NCBI GenBank assembly: GCA_964420595.1
Contig: CAYQUF010000005.1
Span: forward strand, 187 to 64,186
Source of the DNA: an uncultured bacterium
GTDB lineage: Bacteria; Cyanobacteriota; Cyanobacteriia; Cyanobacteriales; Geitlerinemataceae
Length of the DNA: 64,000 bases
Reading direction: 5' to 3'
Shown in pieces: positions 39,402-50,043 of the stretch (position 1 is the stretch's first letter; each line of letters begins with the position of its first letter). The notes below the pieces were generated by a model, which saw only the letters and a program-made list of their open reading frames with translations, was not told the origin of the DNA and made no database searches. The position numbers and the translations under genes are program-made.

Positions 39402-39450
39402 TGATTAAAGATGATTGGAGTCCTCAGTTCTCTCCAATTTTAGCGAGGTA

Positions 39451-41358
39451 TCAGTGACATCTCATCCGATCGCGCAATGGATGCGTCTCGAACCGCTGTC
39501 GTTCGCGCAGCAACTGGGACGCCGCCCGTGCATCGAGGGGAGGCGAAAAGAAATAGCCCTGTCCGAGTTCGCAGCCGAGTTCTTGCAATTTCTCCAACTG
39601 AGACAGCGTTTCAATCCCTTCAGCCACCACATCCATCTCGACGGCGTGCGCCAACGCCACAATCGTGCGAACCATTTCGACATTGCTAGAGCGATCGTCC
39701 AACCGCGAGACAAAGGTGCGATCGATTTTTAACGTATCGACGGGAAACTCGTGCAGGCGAGACAGCGACGAATATCCCGTGCCAAAATCGTCCACGCACA
39801 ACTGAATTCCAGTGGATTTAAGGCGATTGAAGGTCGATTCTTCGGCAATGGCTGCTTCGAGCAGGCAACTCTCGGTAATTTCGAGCTTCAACCAACTGCC
39901 GCGAATCCCCGTTTGGCGCAAAATGGTATCGACGCGATCGCTCAGATCCGCCTGCTTCAATTGCAAGGGGGAAAAATTGACGTTCATCGTCAGGGGAATG
40001 GCGTGGGAAAATTGCTGCTGCCATTGCGCCAGTTGGGTGCAAGCCTGATGGAAAATCCACCATCCCAGCGGTTCGATCGCTCCGGTTTCTTCCGCCACGG
40101 GAATAAACTCAGCCGGAGAAATTTTTCCCCGTTCGGGATGGTTCCACCGCACCAGTGCCTCAAACCCCTTCAACTGTCCGGTGGAAAACGCCACAATCGG
40201 CTGGTATTGCAAGTAAAACTCTTCTCGCTCGATCCCCCGGCGCAGGTCGTTCTCGAATTGCAAGCGACAGACCGCCTGGGTTTGCATGGTGCTGTTGACG
40301 GTCGAGCAACGCCCCTTCCCCGCTTGTTTGGCGTGATACAGCGCCACGTCGGCATCCCGCAGCACGGTTTCGGGTTGCTGGTATCCCATCGTACTCAGGG
40401 TAATGCCAATACTCGCCCCGGCAAATAATTCGTAGTCGCCGATGCGAAAGGGGGTGCGAAATTGAGCTTGAATGGTTTCGGCAACTTGCGTGGCGTCGTT
40501 CGGGTCGTCGATATTTTCGAGCAGGATAATGAATTCGTCCCCCCCAAACCGCGCGATCGCCCCTTTTGGGGATAACGCCGATTGCAACCGCCGCGCCACG
40601 CTTTGCAACAGGCGATCGCCTACTAAATGTCCGAGGCTGTCGTTGACCACTTTGAAGCGATCGAGATCCACAAACAGCACGGCGTACAAATAATCGCAGC
40701 TTCCAGCCGCCACTTGAACCGCGTGTTGCAACCGTTCCATAAACCAGGCGCGATTGGGCAAATCGGTCAGCGAATCGTGAAAGGCATCGTAGCGCAACTT
40801 TTCTTCTTGTTGCAGCAATTCGGCTTGAGTTTTTTGTAGATCGCGTAATGCCGTTCGCAACTCTAGGGTGCGTTGGTCTACCCGCTGTTCCAGTTCGGCG
40901 GCGAGTTGTTGCAATTCGGCTTGTGCTTCGGTGCGCTGTTGGACTTCTTGCTGCAAACTTTGCGTCAACAATCGCAATCGCAAATGCAGTTTGACTCGTG
41001 CCAGCACTTCTTCATATTGAAATGGCTTGACAATATAATCGACTGCCCCTAAAGATAACCCTCGCACCTTATCGACGGTATCGGAGAGCGCCGTCATAAA
41101 AATAATCGGAATATCGCAGGTTTTGGGATTGTCCTTGAGCAACCGACACGTCTCGAACCCGTCGAGTCCCGGCATCATCACGTCGAGCAAAATTAAGTCG
41201 GGGGCGTCGTATTGTGCTTTGCGAATGCCACTTTCGCCCGTGCGCGCCACCCAGACTTCAAAGTTAGATTCGTCTAAAAATTGAAACAGAACTTCGAGAT
41301 TGGTCAGGTTATCGTCAATGATTAAGATAACGCTTTGTTCTCGATGTTGGGCAATCAT
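39451..41358 (-). CDS. Response regulator with REC, GGDEF and EAL domains
   Basis: REC 'ILIIDDNLTNLE...DLILLDVMMPGLDG', 'RFGGDEFIILL' and 'FEALVRW'. ATG 41358 overlaps the kinase stop (ATGA). The tracked ORF's 123-aa Arg-rich extension was rejected. Confidence 0.9.
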   Translation of the reverse strand: MIAQHREQSVILIIDDNLTNLEVLFQFLDESNFEVWVARTGESGIRKAQYDAPDLILLDVMMPGLDGFETCRLLKDNPKTCDIPIIFMTALSDTVDKVRGLSLGAVDYIVKPFQYEEVLARVKLHLRLRLLTQSLQQEVQQRTEAQAELQQLAAELEQRVDQRTLELRTALRDLQKTQAELLQQEEKLRYDAFHDSLTDLPNRAWFMERLQHAVQVAAGSCDYLYAVLFVDLDRFKVVNDSLGHLVGDRLLQSVARRLQSALSPKGAIARFGGDEFIILLENIDDPNDATQVAETIQAQFRTPFRIGDYELFAGASIGITLSTMGYQQPETVLRDADVALYHAKQAGKGRCSTVNSTMQTQAVCRLQFENDLRRGIEREEFYLQYQPIVAFSTGQLKGFEALVRWNHPERGKISPAEFIPVAEETGAIEPLGWWIFHQACTQLAQWQQQFSHAIPLTMNVNFSPLQLKQADLSDRVDTILRQTGIRGSWLKLEITESCLLEAAIAEESTFNRLKSTGIQLCVDDFGTGYSSLSRLHEFPVDTLKIDRTFVSRLDDRSSNVEMVRTIVALAHAVEMDVVAEGIETLSQLEKLQELGCELGQGYFFSPPLDARAASQLLRERQRFETHPLRDRMRCH

Positions 41359-43757
41359 GTATCCTGCTCGATATATTGACTGACGAACTGCAATAGCTCT
41401 CTTTCGCGAAATTCCCTGGCGAGGGTCGCGATGTGTCGGGCAAAAGGAACGAATTGACCGTCGCTTTCGAGATGTTTCGCCTGTTTTTGAATGCCTTTGA
41501 TGTGACCGCGCATTGCCATTTCGTAGAGGGCTTGCAGTTCGCCGAGCGGAGGGGGTTGCACCGACGCGATCGCCTCTGGGTCGTCCCGATCCGCCGCCGC
41601 TGGTTCGACGCTCGCCGCTTGCGGTGCTTCGTAAATCCATTCGAGATCCAGCAGGGTTTGTAACTGTTCGAGCAACACGGTGGCTTGGACGGGTTTGGGT
41701 AAAAAGTCGTCGCTCCCGGCTTCCCAACTTTTATCGCGATCGCGATCGAAGGCACTGGCAGACGATGCAATAATTTTAATCGATTTCAACTCGGGATGCG
41801 CCCGCACTTGCTCCATCATTTCCAACCCATTCACCACCGGCATGATTAAATCGGCAATTATCAAATCGGGCTTGAACTGAAGGGCTTTTTCCAAGGCTTC
41901 TTTGCCATCCGCCGCTTGAATGAGTTGAAAGCCGAGCGGTTCGAGAATGCTGACGAGAATCGAGCGATTTTCCCACTTGTCGTCGGCGACCAAAACGGTC
42001 GGGCGTTTATCTTTAACCCCCGCGATCGCCTGAAAGTTGCGTTCTCGCGCTTCCGAAGTCGCAGAATCGGCTTCTTGCACGCTTAAATCGAACCAAAACT
42101 CGCTGCCGATCTCCGGCTGGCTTTGCACCTGAATGCTGCTGCCCATCATCTGCACGAACTTTTGGCTAATTGCCAATCCCAAACCCGTTCCTTCCGACTG
42201 GCGGTCGGTATCGCCGACTTGCTCGAAGGGCAAAAAGATCGTTTCGACTTGCTCGGGACTCATGCCAACCCCGGTATCTTTAATGTGAAATCGAATCGTA
42301 CGTTCATTCGGCGAGGATCCCTCGGCGGCTTGACTCGAATGTACCACGCTGGCGCTCAACGTGACGCCGCCGGTATCGGTAAACTTAATGGCGTTGCCCA
42401 ATAAATTGACCAACACCTGGCGCAATCGTTTTTCGTCGATGCGAATGTATTCGGGCAGGTCGGGATCGGGGTGATAGTGCCAAGATATCCCTTTTTGTTC
42501 GGCGCGGATCCGACACATCTCCCCCACGCTTTGCAAGAAAAATGGCAGGCGGATATCGCTGGGGTGCAATTCCATTTTCCGCGCTTCGATTTTAGACAGA
42601 TCCAGCACGTCGTTAATCAGCGTGAGCAGGTGCGTGCCGCATTGGTGGACGATCCCGATGCTGTGGTGTTGCCCGGAGGTGAGGGTTTTGTCCCGTTCGA
42701 GGATTTGCGCGTAGCCTAAAATGCCGTTGAGGGGGGTGCGCAACTCGTGGCTCATGTTGGCGAGAAATTCGCTTTTGGCTTGGTTGGCGGCGTCGGCGCT
42801 GGATTTGGCATCTTGCAGTTCGGCGGTATAGTGTCCCACCCATTCAATCAGGCGGTTGAGCGATCGCGCCAGGGAGCCGACCTCGTCGCGGGATCCCTCG
42901 GTAGCGCGCAAGTCGAAGTTCGAGGTGTTGACCGCCTCTTGCGCCACGAGATCGACTCGTTCGATCGGGCGGGCGATCGCTCGGGTGGTCAGCAGGGCTA
43001 GGGTTACGGCGATCGCCACGGAGAGGGCGATACTGGAGAGGATAATTTTGCGGCGCAGTCGTTCGGCGTCGTACAGCCGATGGTTGGCGCGGTTTTTCTG
43101 GCGTTCGGAGGCGGCTTTAAATCGCATCAGCGTCTCGAGCAGGCGATCGTATTTAACGTCGATCCGATTGGCGCGGTTTTGGGAGAGCGCCTCTAAAATT
43201 TGCTGTTGGGCGGCGGGAATTTCGTCGGTTGTCAACTGGGGCGGATCCAGTTGTTGCCAGAGCGATCGCATAAATTCGGCGTGCGCTTGAGTATTCGTTT
43301 GATAATCTTCGAGCAAGGTTTGAATTTCTGTGGCATCGATCGCTAAATGCCAAGTATGGCGATCTGCAAACGCTTCGAATTCGTCGATGATGTCATTGAT
43401 GCGGTTGACGTCGTTGAGAAATCGCGCGCTTTCGTAGTCGAACCAAATCGAATCTCCCAAAACGCCAACCAGTCGCTGGGGATGCAACCGCACGGCGTTA
43501 GCCGCATTTTCGAGTTCGATAATCAGGTATTGTTGTTTGTCGGCGATATCGAGTTGCTGGCGCGCCTGATTTTGATAGTAATCGCCCACCGCTAACCCCG
43601 CCGACGTGCCCAAAACGGCGATCCCGATTGCCAGGGAATAGCCATAGCCGATTTTTCTGGCAATGCTGAGGCGATCGAGCCAGCTAAAGATGCTTTGGGA
43701 GTGGCGGTTGGGTCGAACGAGCCGGCGAGCGGTCGCTTTTATGGAGACATTAAACAT
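41355..43757 (-). CDS. Hybrid sensor histidine kinase (TM, periplasmic helical sensor, TM, HAMP, HisKA, HATPase, REC, HPt-like tail)
   Basis: H-box '[18 protein letters not shown]', N 'LLGNAIKFT', G1 'DTGVGM' and G2 'GTGLGLAI'. REC is '[11 protein letters not shown]...[12 protein letters not shown]'. The C-terminus has '[11 protein letters not shown]'. Confidence 0.9.
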   Translation of the reverse strand: MFNVSIKATARRLVRPNRHSQSIFSWLDRLSIARKIGYGYSLAIGIAVLGTSAGLAVGDYYQNQARQQLDIADKQQYLIIELENAANAVRLHPQRLVGVLGDSIWFDYESARFLNDVNRINDIIDEFEAFADRHTWHLAIDATEIQTLLEDYQTNTQAHAEFMRSLWQQLDPPQLTTDEIPAAQQQILEALSQNRANRIDVKYDRLLETLMRFKAASERQKNRANHRLYDAERLRRKIILSSIALSVAIAVTLALLTTRAIARPIERVDLVAQEAVNTSNFDLRATEGSRDEVGSLARSLNRLIEWVGHYTAELQDAKSSADAANQAKSEFLANMSHELRTPLNGILGYAQILERDKTLTSGQHHSIGIVHQCGTHLLTLINDVLDLSKIEARKMELHPSDIRLPFFLQSVGEMCRIRAEQKGISWHYHPDPDLPEYIRIDEKRLRQVLVNLLGNAIKFTDTGGVTLSASVVHSSQAAEGSSPNERTIRFHIKDTGVGMSPEQVETIFLPFEQVGDTDRQSEGTGLGLAISQKFVQMMGSSIQVQSQPEIGSEFWFDLSVQEADSATSEARERNFQAIAGVKDKRPTVLVADDKWENRSILVSILEPLGFQLIQAADGKEALEKALQFKPDLIIADLIMPVVNGLEMMEQVRAHPELKSIKIIASSASAFDRDRDKSWEAGSDDFLPKPVQATVLLEQLQTLLDLEWIYEAPQAASVEPAAADRDDPEAIASVQPPPLGELQALYEMAMRGHIKGIQKQAKHLESDGQFVPFARHIATLAREFRERELLQFVSQYIEQDT

Positions 43758-43760
43758 GCG

Positions 43761-44660
43761 CTATCCATTGTTGTCGAGAAAATCCCCTTGACCGATGGCG
43801 CGGTAGACTTCGCGAATCATGTCGTAGTCGGAATCTTGAGCGCTTAACAGGCGAGCGCCTTTATACTTTTGCGTTGCTTCTCCCTGCACGAGCGCCTCGA
43901 TCAGTCGATCTTGGTTGTCGAGAACGCGCGATCGAATGTATTCGATGAGTTCGGGGTTCATATTCGAACTTGCCACGAACACGTCATTGGGGAGGGGCGG
44001 ACCTTCAGCTAAAATTTTAAACCGATCGGCTTGCGGTTCTAAATATTGCTTGTAGTCTACTGCCGAGCCTGCCCAAGCATCGACTTGTCCGGTTTTTATC
44101 GCTTCAATGCTGCCTTCATCTCCCAACATTTTAACTTGGAGATCGGATTTTGGATTTAATCCTGCCTTAACCAACATATGGGTGGGACTCAGGTGACCGC
44201 TGGTGGAACCGACATCGGAGAGGGCTAAGGTTTTGCCTTTTAAATCTTGAATGGATTCGATGGAGCTATCGGCAGGGACGACCATTGCCGAATAATAGTT
44301 CGGACGCTCGATCGCGATGACGGGAATGGCATTGGTGCGGGCGCGAATTGCCACGTACTCCGACGGTCCGGTCAGGGCAAAATCGAGGCGATCGAGCTGC
44401 AATGCCGACGCGGCTGCTGACATATTATCGACGGGGAAGAATTCGAGTTCGATCCCTAAAACCTCTGAGAGTTCCGCTCGAAATTGTCCGTAATTCTCGT
44501 CTAATCTTTCTAAACCAATGACATCCGTAACAGAGAAATTTAACTGTTCTGGTTTAACGAGAGCAGGGACAGAATTTGAGTCGGTGCTTGCTTGCTGCGT
44601 TGCCAGGGTACATCCGCCCAAGAAAAACAGTGTATACCAGACAAATTGACGTCGTTTCAT
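43761..44660 (-). CDS. PhnD-like periplasmic substrate-binding lipoprotein (phosphonate/phosphite ABC SBP family)
   Basis: Lipobox 'FLGGC' and the PhnD-type string 'GSTSGHL'. It ends 3 nt before the kinase start. Confidence 0.75.
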   Translation of the reverse strand: MKRRQFVWYTLFFLGGCTLATQQASTDSNSVPALVKPEQLNFSVTDVIGLERLDENYGQFRAELSEVLGIELEFFPVDNMSAAASALQLDRLDFALTGPSEYVAIRARTNAIPVIAIERPNYYSAMVVPADSSIESIQDLKGKTLALSDVGSTSGHLSPTHMLVKAGLNPKSDLQVKMLGDEGSIEAIKTGQVDAWAGSAVDYKQYLEPQADRFKILAEGPPLPNDVFVASSNMNPELIEYIRSRVLDNQDRLIEALVQGEATQKYKGARLLSAQDSDYDMIREVYRAIGQGDFLDNNG

Positions 44661-45099
44661 AATATTTTCTTTATAATTTAAAGTTTCAACGTTTTAACTC
44701 TTGTTGCTTTTACTATGAATTAAGCAAAATTGTCTGTTGTCTAGATAACATTCCTGCCAATTTTTAAGTCTATCGCCACAATTGAGGTGATAGCATCAGC
44801 CAAATTGCTGAAATTCAATAGATTGCGATCGCGAAAAAATCGAGCAATCGCCGATCTAACCTTCAGGCAAAACAGAAATCTCTACATCCTTCCTTCTCAG
44901 AAATCGATTAAACGCCATTGACCGATCGATTTAACAGACATCGATCGGGCAATAAAATAACGCCTGATTGACCGGGGCGATCGCGATCGAAAGCAAACTC
45001 GATCCAGATTCAGCCCGCGATCCCCTCTCCCAATCCCCTCGCAAAATGGTATAAGAATGGCAGTCGAATCGGGCTTAACTCCGGGTCGTTGTTCGAGTC

Positions 45100-45483
45100 A
45101 TGCAAATCAATCCGATTGAATTTACCATTATTGCGATTCCCCTGGCGTTCGTGGCGTTTGTCATCGTCGATGCGCTGTATCGCGCCTATTTGAACTGGCG
45201 GCGGGGTGCTTATGCCCGAGTGTATCAAGATCCCTCCGTCAAGCAAGCCGCGCGATTGTGCGAGCGTTTGGTGGTAGCGGAACGACGGGCGTTTCGAGCC
45301 TATCTGCGCGCGCCAGACGGCGAACCGTTGCGACGAGCCAAGGGACACCTCGAACGCACCCGCCAGCTCTATCGCCAAGCACACTACCGGTTTCAGCGTC
45401 GATTTGACAAGACGCGCCAGATCCTAGAGCGTCAGGCACAACTCGAAGCGAGCGATCGCGCCTCGAATCGTCCGTCGGGGTGA
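45100..45483 (+). CDS. Hypothetical membrane-anchored basic helical protein
   Basis: N-terminal TM 'FTIIAIPLAFVAFVIVDALY', then an R-rich helix. A competing minus ORF (45010-45384) is less protein-like. Confidence 0.45.
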   Translation: MQINPIEFTIIAIPLAFVAFVIVDALYRAYLNWRRGAYARVYQDPSVKQAARLCERLVVAERRAFRAYLRAPDGEPLRRAKGHLERTRQLYRQAHYRFQRRFDKTRQILERQAQLEASDRASNRPSG

Positions 45484-45553
45484 AGGGGGCAAAGATTATC
45501 CGTCAAAACCGCTCGATTCTGATAGTCTGAAGCTAAAATGATAGAGGCTGACT

Positions 45554-46534
45554 ATGACGAATTCCCGCGTGCTTTGCCTCGGCGAAATCTTATTCGATTG
45601 CTTGGCAGACCAATTGGGACAACCCCTCGATCGCGTCGAATCGTGGACGCCCTATCCCGGTGGCGCGCCTGCCAATGTTGCCTGTGGATTGGTCAAACTC
45701 GGGACATCGGCTGGATTTGTCGGTTGCGTGGGAAAAGACAAACCCGGCAATCAATTGGTCGAGGTGCTGCGTCGCGCTGGCGTGGATCGAAGTGGGGTAC
45801 AGCGCCACGACGACTTGCCCACCCGCCAGGTGTACGTGTTGAGATCGCAAAGTGGCGATCGCGAATTTGCCGGATTTGGCGATATCGCCACCACCGAATT
45901 TGCCGATACCCGCCTGCAAGCCGATCGCCTGCCCGAGCCACTGTTCCAAGATGCCGATTTCCTCGTCCTGGGAACCCTAGAACTGGCATACCCCGATTCC
46001 CAAGCCGCGATCGAACGGGCGATCGCCCTAGCCGAACGGCACTATGTCAAAATTTTATTAGATATTAACTGGCGACCCATGTTCTGGCCCGATCCAGACA
46101 TCGCCCCCGATCGCATCCGCGCCCTCGTCGATCGCGTCGATTACTTGAAACTCTCCGACCACGAAGCCGAATGGCTGTTCGACACCGCCGATGCAGGGGC
46201 GATCAAGCACCGCCTCAGCGATGTCGATGGCGTGTTGGTCACCGCCGGATCTCAAGGTGCGGGGTATTGTTTGGGCGATAACGAGGGCAAGCTCCCAGCG
46301 TATTCGGTCAACGCTGTCGATACCACCGGCTCGGGAGACGGATTTGTGGCGGGATTCTTGCACCAGTTGTGCCAGCACGGGATTCAGGGGCTAGAAGAGG
46401 CAGAGTTCGCCCGACAAACGGTCATCTACGCCAGTGCGGTGGGAGCGCTGACGGCGACCAAACCCGGTGCCATTGCCGCACAACCGACGGCGGCGGAAGT
46501 CGAGGAATTCGCGCGATCGCATCCGGTGCCCTAA
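45554..46534 (+). CDS. PfkB-family carbohydrate kinase (fructokinase-like)
   Basis: 'VLCLGEILFD' and 'PGGAPANVA' are present. 'DTTGSGDGFVAGFL' is the PfkB signature 2 region. Confidence 0.85.
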   Translation: MTNSRVLCLGEILFDCLADQLGQPLDRVESWTPYPGGAPANVACGLVKLGTSAGFVGCVGKDKPGNQLVEVLRRAGVDRSGVQRHDDLPTRQVYVLRSQSGDREFAGFGDIATTEFADTRLQADRLPEPLFQDADFLVLGTLELAYPDSQAAIERAIALAERHYVKILLDINWRPMFWPDPDIAPDRIRALVDRVDYLKLSDHEAEWLFDTADAGAIKHRLSDVDGVLVTAGSQGAGYCLGDNEGKLPAYSVNAVDTTGSGDGFVAGFLHQLCQHGIQGLEEAEFARQTVIYASAVGALTATKPGAIAAQPTAAEVEEFARSHPVP

Positions 46535-46664
46535 TCTCTCCCTATCCCCCAAATCAAAAATGTCACCTTGCCAAATCCCCCCATTTCCCTATCTCCCTAT
46601 CCCCCCATCCCCCGATCCCGACTATTGATCCGCCCGGCGATCGGGTAATCTGACTCGTGAAGTC

Positions 46665-46702
46665 CGCACTGCCGACTAGACTAGAAGGCAGCGTTTTTTA
46701 TT
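46665..46702 (+). terminator. Hairpin plus T-run after the kinase gene, 20 nt upstream of the mgtE start
   Basis: CACTGCC (46667-46673) pairs with GGCAGCG (46687-46693) with one mismatch across a 13-nt loop. TTTTTTATT follows. Confidence 0.55.
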
Positions 46703-46721
46703 CAGACGGGGGGAGTCTGCT

Positions 46722-48143
46722 GTGGCTGAGAACAACAATCTTTCCATCCAGACCACCTCGCGCCGAGAACTGCGGGAGTTAGTGCGATCGCAACTCCAAA
46801 TGCTGCTCGAGCAGCAGAACTTGCAGGGCGCAAAAATCCTGTTGGTTCCCGTGCAACCGGCTGATATTGCCGAAGCGATTGAAGGGTTGCCCGAAACCAT
46901 GCAGGCGATCGCGTTTCGCTTGCTCTCGAAAGACGAGGCGATCGAGGTTTACGAACAACTCGACTCCAGCGTGCAGCAGGCGTTAATTGAGGAGTTCAAG
47001 CGCCAAGACGTACTCGATATCGTCGATAAAATGTCCCCCGACGACCGGGCGCGACTGTTCGACGAACTCCCCGCTACCATCGTCCGCCGCCTCATCGGTC
47101 ACCTCAGTCCCGCCGAACGGCAATCCACTGCCTTGCTGCTGGGGTACGAAGCCGATACGGCGGGGCGGATCATGACGCCGGAGTATCTTTCGCTCAAGGA
47201 GCATTACACCGTCGCTCAGGCGATCGAGCGCATTCGCAATTTCGCCAACGTCACCGAAACCGTCTATTACATGTACGTGACCGACTCGGCGCGTCGCCTG
47301 ACGGGAATCCTGTCGTTGCGAGATTTGGTCGTTTCTCCCCCGGATCGATCCATCGGCGAAGTCATGACCCGCGACGTGGTCTTCGTCCACACCGATACCG
47401 ACCAAGAGGAAGTGGCGCGGATGATCCAGCGTTACGACTTTCTCGCTTTACCCGTGGTCGATAGCGAGCAGCGACTGGTGGGAATCGTCACCGTCGATGA
47501 CGTGATCGATATTCTCGAACAAGAAACCACCGAAGATATTTATGCCCTCGGCGGCTTGCAATCGGGGGGCGACAATTACTTCCAAATGAACTTGCTCACC
47601 GTGGCGCGCCAGCGGGTGGTGTGGCTGTTGGTGTTGCTGTTTACCAATACGATTACCAGCACGATCATTCGCTCCCAAGAGGACATTTTGCAACGGGTCG
47701 TGGCGCTGGCGGCGTTTATTCCCCTGCTGATCGGCACCGGAGGGAATGTCGGCGCGCAATCGTCTACGGTGGTGATTCGGGGCTTGAATATCGATAAAAT
47801 TCATACGGGCGGTGCGTTGCGAACGGTCGGTCGAGAGGCGATCGCGGGATTGCTGCTCGGGACGATGCTCGGCATCATGGTGGCGGTGGGGGCGTATTTC
47901 CTGCTCGATGGCGATTGGGTGGTGGCGCTGGCGGTGGGAATTAGCCTGGTGTGCATCTCGGTGTTAGCGTCGGTGTCGGGATCGGCACTGCCATTTCTGT
48001 TCCAGTCCATCGGCTTTGACCCCGCCCTGATGTCTGCACCGTTTATTACCACTGCGGTAGACGTGTTGGGCGTGTTGATCTACTTCAGCGTGGCGCGGCT
48101 GATCCTCCATTTAACAACCACGGCAGCCACGGGATTGTTGTAG
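46722..48143 (+). CDS. mgtE: Magnesium transporter MgtE
   Basis: MgtE N-domain ('PADIAEAIEGLP'), a CBS pair and a C-terminal 5-TM domain ('IPLLIGTGGNVGAQS'). GTG start, preceded by GGGGGGAG. Confidence 0.9.
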   Translation: MAENNNLSIQTTSRRELRELVRSQLQMLLEQQNLQGAKILLVPVQPADIAEAIEGLPETMQAIAFRLLSKDEAIEVYEQLDSSVQQALIEEFKRQDVLDIVDKMSPDDRARLFDELPATIVRRLIGHLSPAERQSTALLLGYEADTAGRIMTPEYLSLKEHYTVAQAIERIRNFANVTETVYYMYVTDSARRLTGILSLRDLVVSPPDRSIGEVMTRDVVFVHTDTDQEEVARMIQRYDFLALPVVDSEQRLVGIVTVDDVIDILEQETTEDIYALGGLQSGGDNYFQMNLLTVARQRVVWLLVLLFTNTITSTIIRSQEDILQRVVALAAFIPLLIGTGGNVGAQSSTVVIRGLNIDKIHTGGALRTVGREAIAGLLLGTMLGIMVAVGAYFLLDGDWVVALAVGISLVCISVLASVSGSALPFLFQSIGFDPALMSAPFITTAVDVLGVLIYFSVARLILHLTTTAATGLL

Positions 48144-48226
48144 GAGATTGTTCAGACACCCATTGCCACTCAATTGCGCCATCGCGCGATCGCCCCAGTT
48201 TCCCTCGCTCACTCCCCCTGTCTCCC

Positions 48227-49876
48227 ATGCTTCACAACCCTAACCGACTCGAACAGATCGAATATATTTTCTGGGTTTGCTCTGCCATTGGCTCGATTGC
48301 TGCCGGGGTGTCTGGACAGGTCATTTATGTCTCGATCCCGCTGTCGTTTTCGATCCTGCTGAATTTAATTAACCGCCGCTATTTCGATCGCCTGACTCGC
48401 CGCCGCGCCACCCACGCGATCGATCGCGTCCAACAACAACTGTCGAGGGAAATTCAAGCCCTACAGCAGCAATTGCCTGTCTTGCCCCCAAGCGACGCTT
48501 CTCGTTCCCAGAATCGCCTCAATCTCGCCAGTGCGGCACTGCCCGATCGCGCTGACGATTGGCAGTGGATCGAGCAGGAAATCGCCCAACTGCAAGAGCG
48601 CTGTACCAGTTTGCAAGAGTCTCTGACCCACGTCATCGACTATCTCAATGACTTGCCGATGGCGGCGAAAGTGGATCGGCTCGAACGGGCGATCGCCGAT
48701 TTGTCCGAACGCCTGGCGGTGGTGCAGCGGCGGGTGGAAGCCTTAGCTATGCGCGAGGGGGGGACTCCTGCCGCGACTGCCGTTCCCGCTCCCGCTCCCT
48801 CTCCCCCTCCAACGGAGGATCCGAGCGCTCAAACGCCTGCCGTCCCTGCGTCTAATCCGACTGAGCTGCCCCCATCGGAAACTCGCGATCGCCCTCCCGC
48901 TCCAGGGAAATCGACGGTGGCGGTGGCGTTACCGACCTTTGTGTCGCCTCCCGCACCCAAACCGTGGCGCTGTACGGCAACCCTGAGCGACCATCAAGAT
49001 TGGGTGAGCGAATTGGCGATCGCTCCGGACGGTCAAACGTTGGTCAGTTGCAGTTTCGACACGACGATTCGCCTGTGGCGGCTGCCGAGTGGGGAGGCAA
49101 TACAACGGCTGGGGGAGCATTCCAGTCCCGTCTACGCGATCGCGATCGATCCCGACAGTCGGTGGCTCGCCAGCGGGAGTTGGGACGAAACCGTCGAACT
49201 GTGGGATCTCGAAGATTGCAAAGATATCGATACTCTCAAATCGCGGGCGGGATCGGCGCGATCGCTGGCATTTTCGCCGGATGGAAAAACCCTTGCTAGC
49301 GGCTGGTTCGATCAAACCATTAAACTCTGGCAAATCGACTCCGACGGACGCAGCCGTTCCGATCGCCTGCCGGATCGCACCCTCACCGACCATCTCGGTA
49401 GCGTAGACGCGATCGCCTATCATCCCAATGGAACGCTTCTGGCAAGCGGAAGTGCCGACGGAACCGTGAAGCTGTGGTCGCTCGATTCTGAGAGCGATCG
49501 GCGTTCTCCCATTCGCACGTTGACCGATACGGCGGCGCCCATTACCTGCATTGCGTTTAGCGCGGACGGTAAATTACTTGCCAGTGGCGGTCGCGATCGC
49601 ACGATTAAATTGTGGTATGTCGAGGCGGGACAACTTGCGAAAACCCTGACCGGACATACGGGATCGGTGATGTCGCTGGCGTTCGATCCCGACGGTCTGT
49701 TAGTGAGTGGCAGTACGGACGGCACGGTGAAAGTCTGGCATCCTGAAAGTGGTAAAACGGTGAATACGCTGGTCGAGGATGCCGATGCGATTATCTCGGT
49801 GGCACTCGATGCCACGGGGCAAATTTTAGTCAGCGGAAGTGCCAGCGGGACGATTAAAGTTTGGCAGTTTGCGTAG
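48227..49876 (+). CDS. WD40-repeat protein with N-terminal two-TM/coiled-coil module and Pro-rich linker
   Basis: Seven WD repeats ('DTTIRLWRL', 'DETVELWDL', 'DQTIKLWQI', 'DGTVKLWSL', 'DRTIKLWYV', 'DGTVKVWHP', 'SGTIKVWQF'). The N-module is homologous to the next gene. Confidence 0.88.
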   Translation: MLHNPNRLEQIEYIFWVCSAIGSIAAGVSGQVIYVSIPLSFSILLNLINRRYFDRLTRRRATHAIDRVQQQLSREIQALQQQLPVLPPSDASRSQNRLNLASAALPDRADDWQWIEQEIAQLQERCTSLQESLTHVIDYLNDLPMAAKVDRLERAIADLSERLAVVQRRVEALAMREGGTPAATAVPAPAPSPPPTEDPSAQTPAVPASNPTELPPSETRDRPPAPGKSTVAVALPTFVSPPAPKPWRCTATLSDHQDWVSELAIAPDGQTLVSCSFDTTIRLWRLPSGEAIQRLGEHSSPVYAIAIDPDSRWLASGSWDETVELWDLEDCKDIDTLKSRAGSARSLAFSPDGKTLASGWFDQTIKLWQIDSDGRSRSDRLPDRTLTDHLGSVDAIAYHPNGTLLASGSADGTVKLWSLDSESDRRSPIRTLTDTAAPITCIAFSADGKLLASGGRDRTIKLWYVEAGQLAKTLTGHTGSVMSLAFDPDGLLVSGSTDGTVKVWHPESGKTVNTLVEDADAIISVALDATGQILVSGSASGTIKVWQFA

Positions 49877-50043
49877 TCGAGCGCGTTCCAACTTCGGTCG
49901 AGATCGCGGGTTTGATAAAACAATTTTTAGCGCTGTCGTGTACCTCGGTTGAGGAAGGTAACAGGGAAGTGTACCTCATCAGTCTGGGAAATGCTCTAGC
50001 CGAGTTCAACCACCTCTAGTTCGCTCGATTCTTAATTAATTTT

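Noticed and set aside
41359-41727. 123-aa N-terminal extension of the REC-GGDEF-EAL ORF, and similarly 55654-55944 for the GT4 ORF
   Set aside because: The extensions are Arg-rich and overlap the 3' ends of the upstream genes. Internal starts (ATG 41358 in an ATGA overlap; GTG 55653 with GAGGA upstream) give canonical domain N-termini.
45010-45384. 124-aa minus-strand ORF overlapping the 45100-45483 ORF
   Set aside because: It has a less protein-like composition and no TM or motif. The + strand ORF has a clear N-terminal TM helix. Neither is strongly supported.
46535-46721. M-box (ykoK) Mg2+ riboswitch upstream of mgtE
   Set aside because: I could not recognise the conserved M-box helices or core sequence. 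The region is reported only as an uncharacterised leader.
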